From an uncultured Acidobacteriota bacterium (lineage in GTDB: Bacteria > Acidobacteriota > Polarisedimenticolia > J045), in assembly GCA_963702425.1 (NCBI GenBank), contig CAVPCQ010000037.1, positions 224,001 to 288,000 on the forward strand: DNA of 64,000 bases. Direction: 5' to 3'. Both the position numbers and the translations under genes were made by a program. Of the stretch, positions 53,118-62,378 are shown piece by piece. Every line of letters begins with the position of its first letter. The first letter of the stretch is position 1. Below the pieces are notes generated by a model, which saw only the letters and a list, made by a program, of their open reading frames with translations, did no database searches and had not been told where the DNA came from.

Positions 53118-55670
53118 GTGAGCAACGGAACGACGGGACTTCGGGCGCAGACGGCGCTGGCGCTGGTGCTGGTGGCCGCGCTCGTCGCGGCGGGGTGCGC
53201 CAGCAGCAACGCCTTCCGCAAGGGCGAGGCCTTCGCCGACAAGGAAATGTGGGACGAGGCGGTGCTTGCCTTCGCCAAGGCCACCGCGGAGGACCCGACG
53301 AGCTCGCGGAACCAGCTGGGGCTGATCCGGGCCAAGCTGCGCGCCTCGGCGGCGCACTTCGACCGCGGGCGGAAGTACCTGCAGGCGGGGCAGCTCGACC
53401 TGGCGGTCAAGGAACTGCAGGAGACCGTCATTCTCGACCCGACCAACGAGTACGCGCAGGTCGAGCTGAAGAAAGCGCTCGACCGCCTCGAGTTCAAGCG
53501 CACCCAGCCGTCCGAGTTCGACGGTGCGCAGGCGGAGGCGGAGCGGCGGGCGCAGGAGCTCGGGCCGCCCAAGCTCGACCCGGCATCGAACGTACCGCTC
53601 TCGCTGAAGTTCCCCGACCAGACGATCGGCGAGGTCTACGAGATCCTGTCCAAGACCTCCGGCATCAACTTCATTTTCGACGACAAGCTCGATCTCAAGA
53701 AGAAGATCAGCGTCGAGCTGGTGAACGTCCCCTTCGAGAAGGCGATGGACCAGCTCATGATGATGAACAAGCACTTCTACAAGGTCCTCGACGGGCACTC
53801 GGTCCTGATCGCCGAGGACAGCCGCCAGAAGCGCCAGGAGTACGAGGATCACGTCATCCGCACCTTCTACCTCTCCAACGCGGAGACCAAGGAGGTGCAG
53901 GGGATCCTGCGCTCGTTGCTGGAGATGCGGCGCGTCGCGGAGAGCCCCCAGCTCAACGCGATCACGATCAAGGACACGCCCGAGAAGATCAAGGTCGCCG
54001 AACGGATCATCCGGGCCAACGACAAGTCGCGCGGCGAAGTCGTCGTCGACTTCGAGCTGCTCGAAGTCAACCGCGACCGCAGTCGCGAGCTGGGGATCGA
54101 TCTCTCGTCGAAGACGATGGCCCTGGTCTTCGGGGACGGCAAGGCGCTGGTTCCGCTCAACAACCTCGGAATCCTGAACAACGCCGCCCTGTGGAGTCTC
54201 GGCCCGATTCCGTCGGTCCTCTTCAGCTTCCTCAAGTCGGACAGCGACACCAAGTTGATCGCCAAGCCGTCGGTCCGGATCCTGGAGGGTGAGGAGGGCA
54301 AGCTGACGATCGGCGACCGCGTCCCGATCCCGGCCACGACCTTCAACTCGTCCCAGACGATCGGCGGCAACATCGTGCCGATCACCTCGTACACCTACCA
54401 GAACGTCGGCATCATCATCGGCGTCAAGCCGCGCGTGCATCACAACAAGGAAGTTTCGCTCGAGATCAAGCTGGAGTTTTCGGCGGTCAAGGGCTCCGTG
54501 TCGACGGTCGGCGGGGGCGAACAGCCGATCATCGGCACCCGGACGGTCGAGACGAACCTGCGGCTGGGCGACGGCCAGACCAATCTGCTGGCCGGGCTGA
54601 TGCAGGACGTCGAGCGGTCCTCGCTGTCCGGTGTCGCGGGGCTCTCGGACATCCCGGTCCTCAACCAGATCTTCGGCAAGAACAAGGACGACACCAGCAC
54701 CACCGACCTGGTGATCTCGATCACCCCGCACATCGTTCGCGTTCCGAACATCGAAGCGATCGACCTCGTACCGCTGTGGGTCGGGACGGAGGAGCAGATC
54801 CAGCTGCGCGGGATCGCGCGCAACGCGCTGGGCGAGAGCCCGTTCGCGGACGGCTACAACCCGTGGGACCAGATCGAAAAGGAGCTCGGGGTCAACAAGG
54901 AAGTGGCGCCTCCGAAGCCGGCTGGCGCGGCCGCGGGCACGACGTCGAAGATGACCGCCCGCCCGGCGGCTGCCGGGACGGGCGGTACGGCAGCCGCGGC
55001 GGCGGGACGCGGGGCCGGGTCGCGCGCCGCGGGCGGCCCCACGCCGTCTCCCGCGCCGGCGCTTCCCGAACCCCCGCGCCGGCCGCGAGGCGCCGTCCCG
55101 TCGGGTCCGACGCCGCCGGTTCCCCCGAACGCGGAGCCGGCGCCGGTCGAAACGCCGGGGGACGAGGAGCCGGCGGACGAGCCGGACGACGGGACCGCCG
55201 CCGAGGAGCCCGGGACCGAACCCGAGAACGAGCCGCCCAAGCGGACGGCCGTCGCGCAACTCCGGCTGGCCCTGGCGCGCACGCAGGTCGCGCCCGGGGA
55301 CGCCGTTCCGGTCGACGTCGTGATCGCCGGGGCGGAGAACGTCGGCATGGTCAACTTCCAGCTCCGCTACGACAAGAAGGTCCTGCGCTTCGTGCCGCCG
55401 GCGATGCCCGGCGAATTCATGCAGCAGGGCGGCACGGCGTTCGACCTGCAGGCCGTGGAGGCCGCGGAGGGGGGGACGATCGTCGTCTCCGCCTCGCGCG
55501 GAGGAAGCGTCGGCGCGACCGGGACCGGTTCGCTGGTCCGGCTGAGCTTCATCGCGCTCGACCAGGGCAACGCCGGTTTCGGCTTCGCCGCCGCGCAGGT
55601 GCGCGGCCCCGACGCCCAGCCGATGCCGGCCTCGTTCCGGATCGCCAACCTGGATGTGAAGAAACCGTGA
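53118..55670 (+). CDS. Lipoprotein secretin (GspD/PilQ-like) with N-terminal TPR, Pro-rich linker and C-terminal cohesin-like domain
   Basis: Lipobox AAGC, RTFYLSNA, IGDRVPI, Y.NVG..I.V.PRVH, LAGL, GLSDIPVL..IFG, ITPHIVR. C-terminal V.V.I..A.NV....F.L.YD..VL...G.G.L..L.F.A...G. Confidence 0.9.
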   Translation: MSNGTTGLRAQTALALVLVAALVAAGCASSNAFRKGEAFADKEMWDEAVLAFAKATAEDPTSSRNQLGLIRAKLRASAAHFDRGRKYLQAGQLDLAVKELQETVILDPTNEYAQVELKKALDRLEFKRTQPSEFDGAQAEAERRAQELGPPKLDPASNVPLSLKFPDQTIGEVYEILSKTSGINFIFDDKLDLKKKISVELVNVPFEKAMDQLMMMNKHFYKVLDGHSVLIAEDSRQKRQEYEDHVIRTFYLSNAETKEVQGILRSLLEMRRVAESPQLNAITIKDTPEKIKVAERIIRANDKSRGEVVVDFELLEVNRDRSRELGIDLSSKTMALVFGDGKALVPLNNLGILNNAALWSLGPIPSVLFSFLKSDSDTKLIAKPSVRILEGEEGKLTIGDRVPIPATTFNSSQTIGGNIVPITSYTYQNVGIIIGVKPRVHHNKEVSLEIKLEFSAVKGSVSTVGGGEQPIIGTRTVETNLRLGDGQTNLLAGLMQDVERSSLSGVAGLSDIPVLNQIFGKNKDDTSTTDLVISITPHIVRVPNIEAIDLVPLWVGTEEQIQLRGIARNALGESPFADGYNPWDQIEKELGVNKEVAPPKPAGAAAGTTSKMTARPAAAGTGGTAAAAAGRGAGSRAAGGPTPSPAPALPEPPRRPRGAVPSGPTPPVPPNAEPAPVETPGDEEPADEPDDGTAAEEPGTEPENEPPKRTAVAQLRLALARTQVAPGDAVPVDVVIAGAENVGMVNFQLRYDKKVLRFVPPAMPGEFMQQGGTAFDLQAVEAAEGGTIVVSASRGGSVGATGTGSLVRLSFIALDQGNAGFGFAAAQVRGPDAQPMPASFRIANLDVKKP

Positions 55671-56143
55671 CCCTCCGCCGCACCATCGCGCACGACCGGG
55701 GCGTGACGCTCGTCGAGCTCTTCGTCGTGGTCTGCCTGCTCACCGCGATGGCGGGACTCGCCCTGCCCGTGGCGCACCGGCTCGAGCGCCGCGCGAAGGA
55801 GATCGAGCTCAAGCGCGACCTGCGCGAGATGCGGCGGGCGATCGACGCCTACCACTACGTCGTCCAGACCGTGCCGTCGGCGAAGAAGGACGCCACGGCG
55901 GAGGATTGGCCCGACGACCTGGACGTGCTCGTCGAAGGGATGGACCTGGGTCTCGCCAAGGAGCTGAAAGTCAAGTTCCTGCGTCGGATCCCGCGCGACC
56001 CGCTGACCGGGGAAGCGGAGTGGGGCAAGCGCTCGTCCAAGCAGGACGTGGACGACGAGATGTGGGACAGCCAGAACGTGTACGACGTCTTCTCGCTGGC
56101 CGAGGGGAAGGCACTCGACGGAACCGAGTACAAGTCGTGGTGA
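55667..56143 (+). CDS. Type II secretion pseudopilin (GspG-like)
   Basis: Prepilin site RG|VTLVE, KE.ELK..LREMRRAID.Y, FLRRIPRDP.TG..EWG, VYDVFS. Confidence 0.88.
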   Translation: MTLRRTIAHDRGVTLVELFVVVCLLTAMAGLALPVAHRLERRAKEIELKRDLREMRRAIDAYHYVVQTVPSAKKDATAEDWPDDLDVLVEGMDLGLAKELKVKFLRRIPRDPLTGEAEWGKRSSKQDVDDEMWDSQNVYDVFSLAEGKALDGTEYKSW

Positions 56144-56154
56144 CGGGAGGAACG

Positions 56155-56544
56155 ATGCGACGACAGCGCGGTTTCACGCTGATCGAACTGCTGGTCGTCG
56201 TGGCGATCATCGGACTGCTCGTCGGAGTCGCCCTGCCGACCTACCGCAACGCCCAGACCAAGGCGAAGGAGGCCGTGTTGAAGCAGAACCTCTACCTCCT
56301 GCGCCAGACGATCGACCAGTACTTCGCCGACAAGGGCTACTACCCGGCCAGCGTCTCGGCCCTGACCGAGGAGGGCTACTTGCGCAAGATGCCGATCGAT
56401 CCCATGACCGGGGACTCGGACTGGGAGGAGGTTCCGGCCGATCCCGAGACCAGCCTCGATCCGACCCAGCCCGCGGGGGTCTGGGACGTGCGCAGCCGCG
56501 CGTCCGGGACCACACTGAACGGCGCCAGTTACAGCGACCTTTGA
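56155..56544 (+). CDS. Type II secretion pseudopilin (GspG-like)
   Basis: RG|FTLIELLVV, KEAVLKQNL..LR..IDQY..DKG.YP, YLR.MP.DP.T. Confidence 0.92.
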   Translation: MRRQRGFTLIELLVVVAIIGLLVGVALPTYRNAQTKAKEAVLKQNLYLLRQTIDQYFADKGYYPASVSALTEEGYLRKMPIDPMTGDSDWEEVPADPETSLDPTQPAGVWDVRSRASGTTLNGASYSDL

Positions 56545-56579
56545 CTCAATACGCCGCGATCCGCGGCAGGGTGACGACC

Positions 56580-57632
56580 ATGAATGTCCCAGCGAAGACG
56601 ATCCTGCTCCCGGCGCTGCTGTTGCTCCTTCTCCTGTTCGCGGTGTCGTGCGACGACTCCGAGCCGGTCGCCCAGTCCGACTGGGTGATCGAGGTGACGG
56701 CGAGCCCGGCGTCGCTCAATCTGGACGCTCCGGACAAGCCGGCCGACTCGGTGATCAGCGCGGTGGTCTTCGACAAGAACGGGCAGCCGCAGTCCGGCAT
56801 CGGCGTCCGCTTCTCGTCCAGCAGCGGGACGATGGCCAGCAACGGGAACCTGATCAAGACCAACGGGCGCGGCGAGGCGCAGGACATCCTCACGACGAAC
56901 GCCGACGCCAAGGTGCGGGTCAAGAGCGGCTCCGCCGAGGGGACCGTCGACGTCAAGGTGACGTCGACCAACGAAAAGCCGACCGCCGTGATCTCGATCC
57001 AGCCGCGCACCCAGGCGCCGATCGGCTCGCAGGTGACGTTCAGCGGGGCTTCGAGCGAGGACCTGGATGGCGAGATCGTCCAGTACCGCTGGAGCATCGC
57101 TTCGACGAACCCCGACAACGGGGTGGCCAATCCGGACAACGAGTCGACCAGCGCAACGACGATCATCCGGACCTACAACAAGCCGCAGGACCTGACGATC
57201 GCGCTGACGACGGTCGACAACAAGGGTGCGACCTCCTCGACCTCGGCCGACTACTCCGTGCTGGACAATCTGCCGCCGACGGTCGACGCCGGTCCGCCGC
57301 AGGTCGGAATCATCGGCTCGGGCGGCGGTTACACCTGCTCGATCACGCTCTGCCCGGTGGCGAGCGATCCGGACGGCCAGGTCACTGCGCTGCAGTTCAG
57401 CTGGGGCGATTCCGACACCCCGGTGCTCCCGGTCGGCTGCCAGAACCACACCTATCTCCGCCCCAGCCCGACGCTGGCGGACTACAAGGTCGTGGTGGTC
57501 GCCTACGACAACGGCGACCGCATCACGCCGGCCTGCCAGGCGCCGCCGCCGCCCGGCGGATTCGACCCCTGCACCTCGCGCAAGACGGCGACCGACTCGA
57601 CGGTCGTGACCTGCTCCGCCACGGCGCGCTGA
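56580..57632 (+). CDS. Lipoprotein with Big_1 (Ig-like) and two PKD-like domains
   Basis: Lipobox AVSC, V.D.NG.P..G..V.FS...G, TN..G.A, N..P.A, S.D.DG.I..Y.W, SDPDG.......WGD. Confidence 0.8.
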   Translation: MNVPAKTILLPALLLLLLLFAVSCDDSEPVAQSDWVIEVTASPASLNLDAPDKPADSVISAVVFDKNGQPQSGIGVRFSSSSGTMASNGNLIKTNGRGEAQDILTTNADAKVRVKSGSAEGTVDVKVTSTNEKPTAVISIQPRTQAPIGSQVTFSGASSEDLDGEIVQYRWSIASTNPDNGVANPDNESTSATTIIRTYNKPQDLTIALTTVDNKGATSSTSADYSVLDNLPPTVDAGPPQVGIIGSGGGYTCSITLCPVASDPDGQVTALQFSWGDSDTPVLPVGCQNHTYLRPSPTLADYKVVVVAYDNGDRITPACQAPPPPGGFDPCTSRKTATDSTVVTCSATAR

Positions 57633-57645
57633 CCGGAGCGGACCG

Positions 57646-58431
57646 ATGCCCGCCCGCCGCTGCCGCGTCCGTTCCGCCTCGCCGCCCCGCGGGGAGCGCG
57701 GGATGCTGCTGCTGGGCCTGATGACGATGCTCGTCGTCATGTCGATCCTCGCCGGGATGGCGATGCAGGAGTGGTCGGTGGTCGAGCAGCGGGAGCGCGA
57801 AGCCGACCTGATCTTCATCCAGGAGCAGTTCGCGGCCGGGATCATGGCCTATCAGCAGGACCAGGGAGCCGCGCCGGCGGAACTCGAGCAGCTGACGCGG
57901 AAGGGCCAGAAGGGTCAGGTCTTCCTGCGCAAGAAGTGGACCGACCCGATGATCCGCGGCTCGAAGTTCGAAGACTGGTGCCTGCTCAAGGTCGGGGCCG
58001 CGGGCCGCGTCGTCTCGACCTGCTCGGCGGAGGGGGCCGGGGAAGGGGCCGGCAAGAACCAGCCGGGCGAACTCGGGCTGGGCTCGAGCGCGGGCTTCCG
58101 GGTCGGCGAGCAGGCCACGACCGCGAACCCGCGCCGCCAGCCGCAGGGGACCGCACCGGGCGGCATCGGGATCGTCGGAGTGCACTCGAAGAGCAAGAAG
58201 AAGGCGTTCAACACCGTCAAGCGCGGCGAGGACACGTACGACCGCTGGGAGTACACGATCGAGGACTACCGCAAGGAAGTCGGCGCGCGGATGATCCCCG
58301 GCCTGCCCGGCGGCCAGGGGCCGGGAACCGGCGGGCAGGGGGGCAAGCAGCCGGGGCAGACGCCATCTCCCGTAAGCGGCTCCTTGAGCGGTACGTCGGG
58401 CACGGGGGGCAAGGGCGGATCGCGCCGCTAG
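57646..58431 (+). CDS. Minor pseudopilin (GspK-like, no Glu at +5)
   Basis: ERG|MLLLGL, W....QRERE..L.F, P..L..L, FLR..W.DP, GIVGV.S.S, Y..W.Y. Confidence 0.75.
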   Translation: MPARRCRVRSASPPRGERGMLLLGLMTMLVVMSILAGMAMQEWSVVEQREREADLIFIQEQFAAGIMAYQQDQGAAPAELEQLTRKGQKGQVFLRKKWTDPMIRGSKFEDWCLLKVGAAGRVVSTCSAEGAGEGAGKNQPGELGLGSSAGFRVGEQATTANPRRQPQGTAPGGIGIVGVHSKSKKKAFNTVKRGEDTYDRWEYTIEDYRKEVGARMIPGLPGGQGPGTGGQGGKQPGQTPSPVSGSLSGTSGTGGKGGSRR

Positions 58432-58518
58432 TCCCGCGTTCCCGCGGGCGGGGTTCCATCGCTTGACCGCGTCGGGCAGCGTGGGATACTCCACGCCCTT
58501 TCCCGGGGGCCGAACGTC

Positions 58519-59775
58519 ATGCTCGAGCGCGAGATCCTCCCTGACGGCCTGACCCTCCTCTTCGAGGACGTGCCGGGGGTGCGCTCGGTGTCGATCGGGG
58601 TCTGGCTCCGCATGGGGAGCTGCCACGAGCCCGAGCGGCTCTCCGGGATCTGCCACTTCATCGAGCACCTCCTCTTCAAGGGGACGGCGACCCGCTCGGC
58701 GCGCGACATCAACCTGCTCACCGACCGGATGGGCGGCAACGTCGACGCCTTCACCTCCAAGGAAGAGACCTGCTTCTACGCGCGGGTGCTCGACGACCAC
58801 CTGCCGCTGGCAGTCGACCTCCTGGCCGACATCGTGCGCGCCCCGCGTTTCGACGCGGAGGAGATGGAGCGCGAGCGGAAGGTGATCCTGGAGGAGATCC
58901 GGATGGTCCTCGATTCGCCGGAGGAGCGGATCTACGACCTCTTCTGCGAGGCCTTCTGGCCGCATCACCCGCTGGGCCGGCCGATCCAGGGCACGTCCGG
59001 AACGGTCGCCGCGATGAGCCGCCGCACGGTCCAGAACTGGTTCCGGAAGGCCTACGTGCCGGGCAACATCCTCGTCGCCGCCGCCGGCAACCTGCGGCCC
59101 GAGGCGCGCTCGCTGATCCGCGCGGCCTTCGCCGGCCTGCCCGCCGGGAATCGTCCGCTGACCGGCCGCAGCCCGCGCTGGAAGCCGGGGGTGCGGGTCG
59201 AGCACCGGCGCGAGATGGAGCAGCTCCACCTCCTCGCCGGGCTCCCGGCGCTGCCGTCGGGTCACCCCGAGCGGTTCGCGCTGCACCTCCTCAACACGAT
59301 CCTGGGCGGGAGCATTTCGTCGCGGCTGTTCCGGCGGATCCGGGAGGAGCGGGGGCTGGCCTACTCGGTCTCCTCGCAGGTCCACACCCACCGCGACGCC
59401 GGACTGCTCACCATCTATGCCGGCACCTCGACCGAGAACGCGCGCGAGGTCCTGCAGCTGGCGCTCGGCGAGCTGCGCGACCTGGCGCAGCGCGCCCCGT
59501 CGCACGAGGAGCTGGACGTCGCGCGCGACCACCTCAAGGGAAACCTGCTGCTGGCGCTCGAATCGACTTCCAGCCGGATGAGCCGCGCCGCGCGCGAGGA
59601 GATCGTGCTCGGCCGCTCGGTCGACAACGAGGAGATCGTGGCCGAGCTCGACAAGGTGGACCCGGACGCGGTGCAGCGGCTCGCGGAGCGGATCGTGGCC
59701 GGGGCGAGGCCGGCGCTCGCGGCGGTCGGCCGGGCGACGCGGCTGAGGCTCCGCGAGGAGGACCTGGCCGCGTGA
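58519..59775 (+). CDS. M16-family zinc metallopeptidase
   Basis: Inverted zinc motif [32 protein letters not shown]. Confidence 0.93.
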   Translation: MLEREILPDGLTLLFEDVPGVRSVSIGVWLRMGSCHEPERLSGICHFIEHLLFKGTATRSARDINLLTDRMGGNVDAFTSKEETCFYARVLDDHLPLAVDLLADIVRAPRFDAEEMERERKVILEEIRMVLDSPEERIYDLFCEAFWPHHPLGRPIQGTSGTVAAMSRRTVQNWFRKAYVPGNILVAAAGNLRPEARSLIRAAFAGLPAGNRPLTGRSPRWKPGVRVEHRREMEQLHLLAGLPALPSGHPERFALHLLNTILGGSISSRLFRRIREERGLAYSVSSQVHTHRDAGLLTIYAGTSTENAREVLQLALGELRDLAQRAPSHEELDVARDHLKGNLLLALESTSSRMSRAAREEIVLGRSVDNEEIVAELDKVDPDAVQRLAERIVAGARPALAAVGRATRLRLREEDLAA

Positions 59776-60227
59776 TCCCGACGGTGCGCGTGCGCGTCAA
59801 GCGGCTGCCGCACGGCGCGGGGCTGCCGCTGCCCGCCTACGCCACCCCGGGGGCCGCGGGGATGGACCTGCGCGCGGCGGTCGACGCGCCGCTGGTGCTG
59901 CCGCCCGGGGGGAGGGTCGTCGTTCCGACCGGCCTCGTGGTGGAGATCCCGCCCGGCTTCGAAGGCCAGGTCCGGGCCCGCAGCGGCGTCGCGCTCTCGG
60001 CCGGCGTCGGTCTCCCCAACGCCCCCGGTACGATCGACAGCGATTACCGCGGAGAATTGGGCGTGCTGCTGGTCAACTGGGGCGACGCTCCGTTCACGGT
60101 CGCGCGCGGCGACCGGATTGCGCAGTTCGTCGTGAGCCCCGTGGTTCGCGCGGAGCTCGAGCCTGCGGACGACCTCGGGGAGACGGCGCGCGACGGCGGC
60201 GGCTTCGGCCACACCGGAACCGACTGA
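59772..60227 (+). CDS. dut: dUTP diphosphatase
   Basis: [32 protein letters not shown]. Confidence 0.96.
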   Translation: MIPTVRVRVKRLPHGAGLPLPAYATPGAAGMDLRAAVDAPLVLPPGGRVVVPTGLVVEIPPGFEGQVRARSGVALSAGVGLPNAPGTIDSDYRGELGVLLVNWGDAPFTVARGDRIAQFVVSPVVRAELEPADDLGETARDGGGFGHTGTD

Positions 60228-61003
60228 TGGTCGAGCTCGTCGTCCTGGCCTCCGGCTCACGCGGCAACTGCACGCTGGTGCGGGCGGGACGGACGGCGGT
60301 GCTGATCGACGCCGGCCTGAGCGCGAAGCAGATCGTCGAGCGGCTCACGGCGGTCGGACAGGATCCGCGCGGCCTGGCCGCGATCCTGCTGACCCACGAG
60401 CACGTCGACCACACCCGCGGCGTCGCCGTCCTGGCCCGCCGTTTCGCCGTGCCCGTCCTCGCCAACGCCGCGACCTACGAGGCCGCCGAGGTCCAGCTGC
60501 GGGACATTCCGGCGGCAGAGTTCTTCGTCACCGGGACGCGCTTCGACGTCGGGGCGCTCGCCGTGACCCCCTTCGCCGTGCCGCACGACGCGGCCGAGCC
60601 GGTCGGCTTCGTGCTCGAGAGCGAAGGGGTGCGGATCGGCTACGCGACCGACCTGGGACACGTGACGCGGCTGGTCGCGGCGCGGCTCTCCGGCTGCCAG
60701 GCGCTGGTCTTCGAGGCCAACCACGACCTCGAGATGCTGATGAGCGGGCCCTACCCCTGGGCGACCAAGCAGCGCGTGGCGTCGCGCACCGGGCACCTGT
60801 CGAACGAGCATGCCGCCGAGTTCCTGCCCGAGGCGGTCTCCGAGGAGACCGTGCACCTGGTGCTCGCGCACCTCTCGGAGACCAACAACGATCCCGCCCT
60901 GGCGCGCGCGACGGTCGAGACCGCGCTCGCCGCCGCGGGGCGCACGCGCGCGTCCGTGACCACCGCGCGGCAGGATCGTCCGGCCGCCGCGGTGCGCCTG
61001 TGA
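60227..61003 (+). CDS. MBL-fold metallo-hydrolase (YycJ/WalJ-like)
   Basis: LASGSRGN, LIDAG, THEH.DH, HDA.EP, TDLG, EANHD, GHLSN, LAHLS..NN. Confidence 0.9.
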   Translation: MVELVVLASGSRGNCTLVRAGRTAVLIDAGLSAKQIVERLTAVGQDPRGLAAILLTHEHVDHTRGVAVLARRFAVPVLANAATYEAAEVQLRDIPAAEFFVTGTRFDVGALAVTPFAVPHDAAEPVGFVLESEGVRIGYATDLGHVTRLVAARLSGCQALVFEANHDLEMLMSGPYPWATKQRVASRTGHLSNEHAAEFLPEAVSEETVHLVLAHLSETNNDPALARATVETALAAAGRTRASVTTARQDRPAAAVRL

Positions 61004-61019
61004 CCCGCCGGAGGCGACG

Positions 61020-62318
61020 ATGATCCCCCGCTACACCCGCGAGAAGATGGGCCGCCTGTTCACCGACGAGGCGCGGTTGGGCCTCTGGCTGCAGGTCGAG
61101 CTGGCCGCGACCGAGGTGCTCGTCGAGCGCGGCGAGGTGCCCCGCGCGGCCTACGAGAAGATCCGAAAGAAGGCCGCGGTCGACGTGGCCCGAGCGCTCG
61201 AGATCGAGAAGACCACGCAGCACGACGTGATCGCGTTCGTCACCTCGGTGGCGGAGAAGATCGGGCCGGAGGGGCGCTACCTCCACCTCGGGCTGACTTC
61301 GTCCGACGTGCTCGACACCGCGCTGGCGCTGCAGATCATGGCCGCGATCGACGTGCTCTTCGACGATCTCGGCGAGCTGATGGCCGCGGTCAAGGCCCGG
61401 GCCGAGGAGCACCGCGACCTGCCGATGGTGGGCCGGACGCACGGCGTCCACGCCGAGCCGATCACGCTCGGGTTCAAGCTCGCCTCCTGGTACGCCGAGC
61501 TGGCGCGCGACCGGGAGCGGCTGGTGCGGGCCCGCGAGAACGTGCGCTACGGCAAGCTGTCGGGCGCGGTCGGCACGTTCGGGCAGCTGCCGCCGGAGGT
61601 CGAAAAGGCGGTGATGGCCAAGCTCGGGCTGAAGTGCGAGCCGGTGGCGACGCAGGTCGTTCCGCGCGACCGCCACGCCGAGGTCCTGCTCGCGCTGGCC
61701 CTGCTCGCCGCCGCGCTGGAGCGGATCGCGACCGAGATCCGCCACCTGCAGCGCACCGAGGTGCGCGAGGTGGAGGAGCCGTTCGCGAAGGGGCAGAAGG
61801 GTTCGTCCGCGATGCCGCACAAGCGCAACCCGATCGCCTGCGAGAACGTCAGCGGGCTGGCGCGGGTGGTTCGCAGCAACGCTCTGGCAGCGCTCTCGGA
61901 CGTCGCGCTCTGGCACGAGCGGGACATCTCGCACTCCTCGGTGGAGCGGGTGATCGTGCCCGACTCGTTCATCCTGCTCGACACCATGCTGGGGCGGATG
62001 ACGCGCGTGGTGTCGGGCCTGCTGGTCTATCCGGAAGCGATGCGGGAGAACCTCGAGCGCTCGGGCGGGATGGTCTTCAGCCAGACCCTGCTGCTGGCGC
62101 TGGTCGAGACCGGCCTGACGCGCGAAGCGGCCTACACGCTGGTCCAGGAGAACGCGATGAAGGTCTGGGCGAAGGAGTTCCCGGACCTCCGCACGGCCTG
62201 CCTGGCGGACCGGCGCGTGGTCGAACGGCTGGGCGAGCAGGGGATCCGCGCGGCGTTCGACCTGAAACGCCTGCTCAAGCACGTTCCTGCCGTCGTCCGC
62301 CGCGCCCTGAAGGCGTAG
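61020..62318 (+). CDS. purB: Adenylosuccinate lyase
   Basis: MIPRY, HDVIAF, H.GLTSSD, GRTHG.HAEP, GSSAMPHKRNP, WHERDISHSS.ER. Confidence 0.97.
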   Translation: MIPRYTREKMGRLFTDEARLGLWLQVELAATEVLVERGEVPRAAYEKIRKKAAVDVARALEIEKTTQHDVIAFVTSVAEKIGPEGRYLHLGLTSSDVLDTALALQIMAAIDVLFDDLGELMAAVKARAEEHRDLPMVGRTHGVHAEPITLGFKLASWYAELARDRERLVRARENVRYGKLSGAVGTFGQLPPEVEKAVMAKLGLKCEPVATQVVPRDRHAEVLLALALLAAALERIATEIRHLQRTEVREVEEPFAKGQKGSSAMPHKRNPIACENVSGLARVVRSNALAALSDVALWHERDISHSSVERVIVPDSFILLDTMLGRMTRVVSGLLVYPEAMRENLERSGGMVFSQTLLLALVETGLTREAAYTLVQENAMKVWAKEFPDLRTACLADRRVVERLGEQGIRAAFDLKRLLKHVPAVVRRALKA

Positions 62319-62342
62319 GCGCCGGCTTCCATGCCGGCCCGG
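62315..62342 (+). repeat. Diverged GTAG-type REP copy overlapping the purB stop codon
   Basis: gtaggcgccggcttccatgccggcccgg is 24/28 identical to 29102-29129. Its TAG is the purB stop. Confidence 0.6.
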
Positions 62343-62365
62343 GACGCACGGCACCCCGTGGGCGG

Positions 62366-62371
62366 TAGAAT
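62366..62371 (+). promoter_or_regulatory. -10 hexamer TAGAAT 7 nt before the purF ATG 62379 (probable leaderless mRNA)
   Basis: TAGAAT-gcgcgcg-ATG with no SD sequence. Confidence 0.5.
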
Positions 62372-62378
62372 GCGCGCG

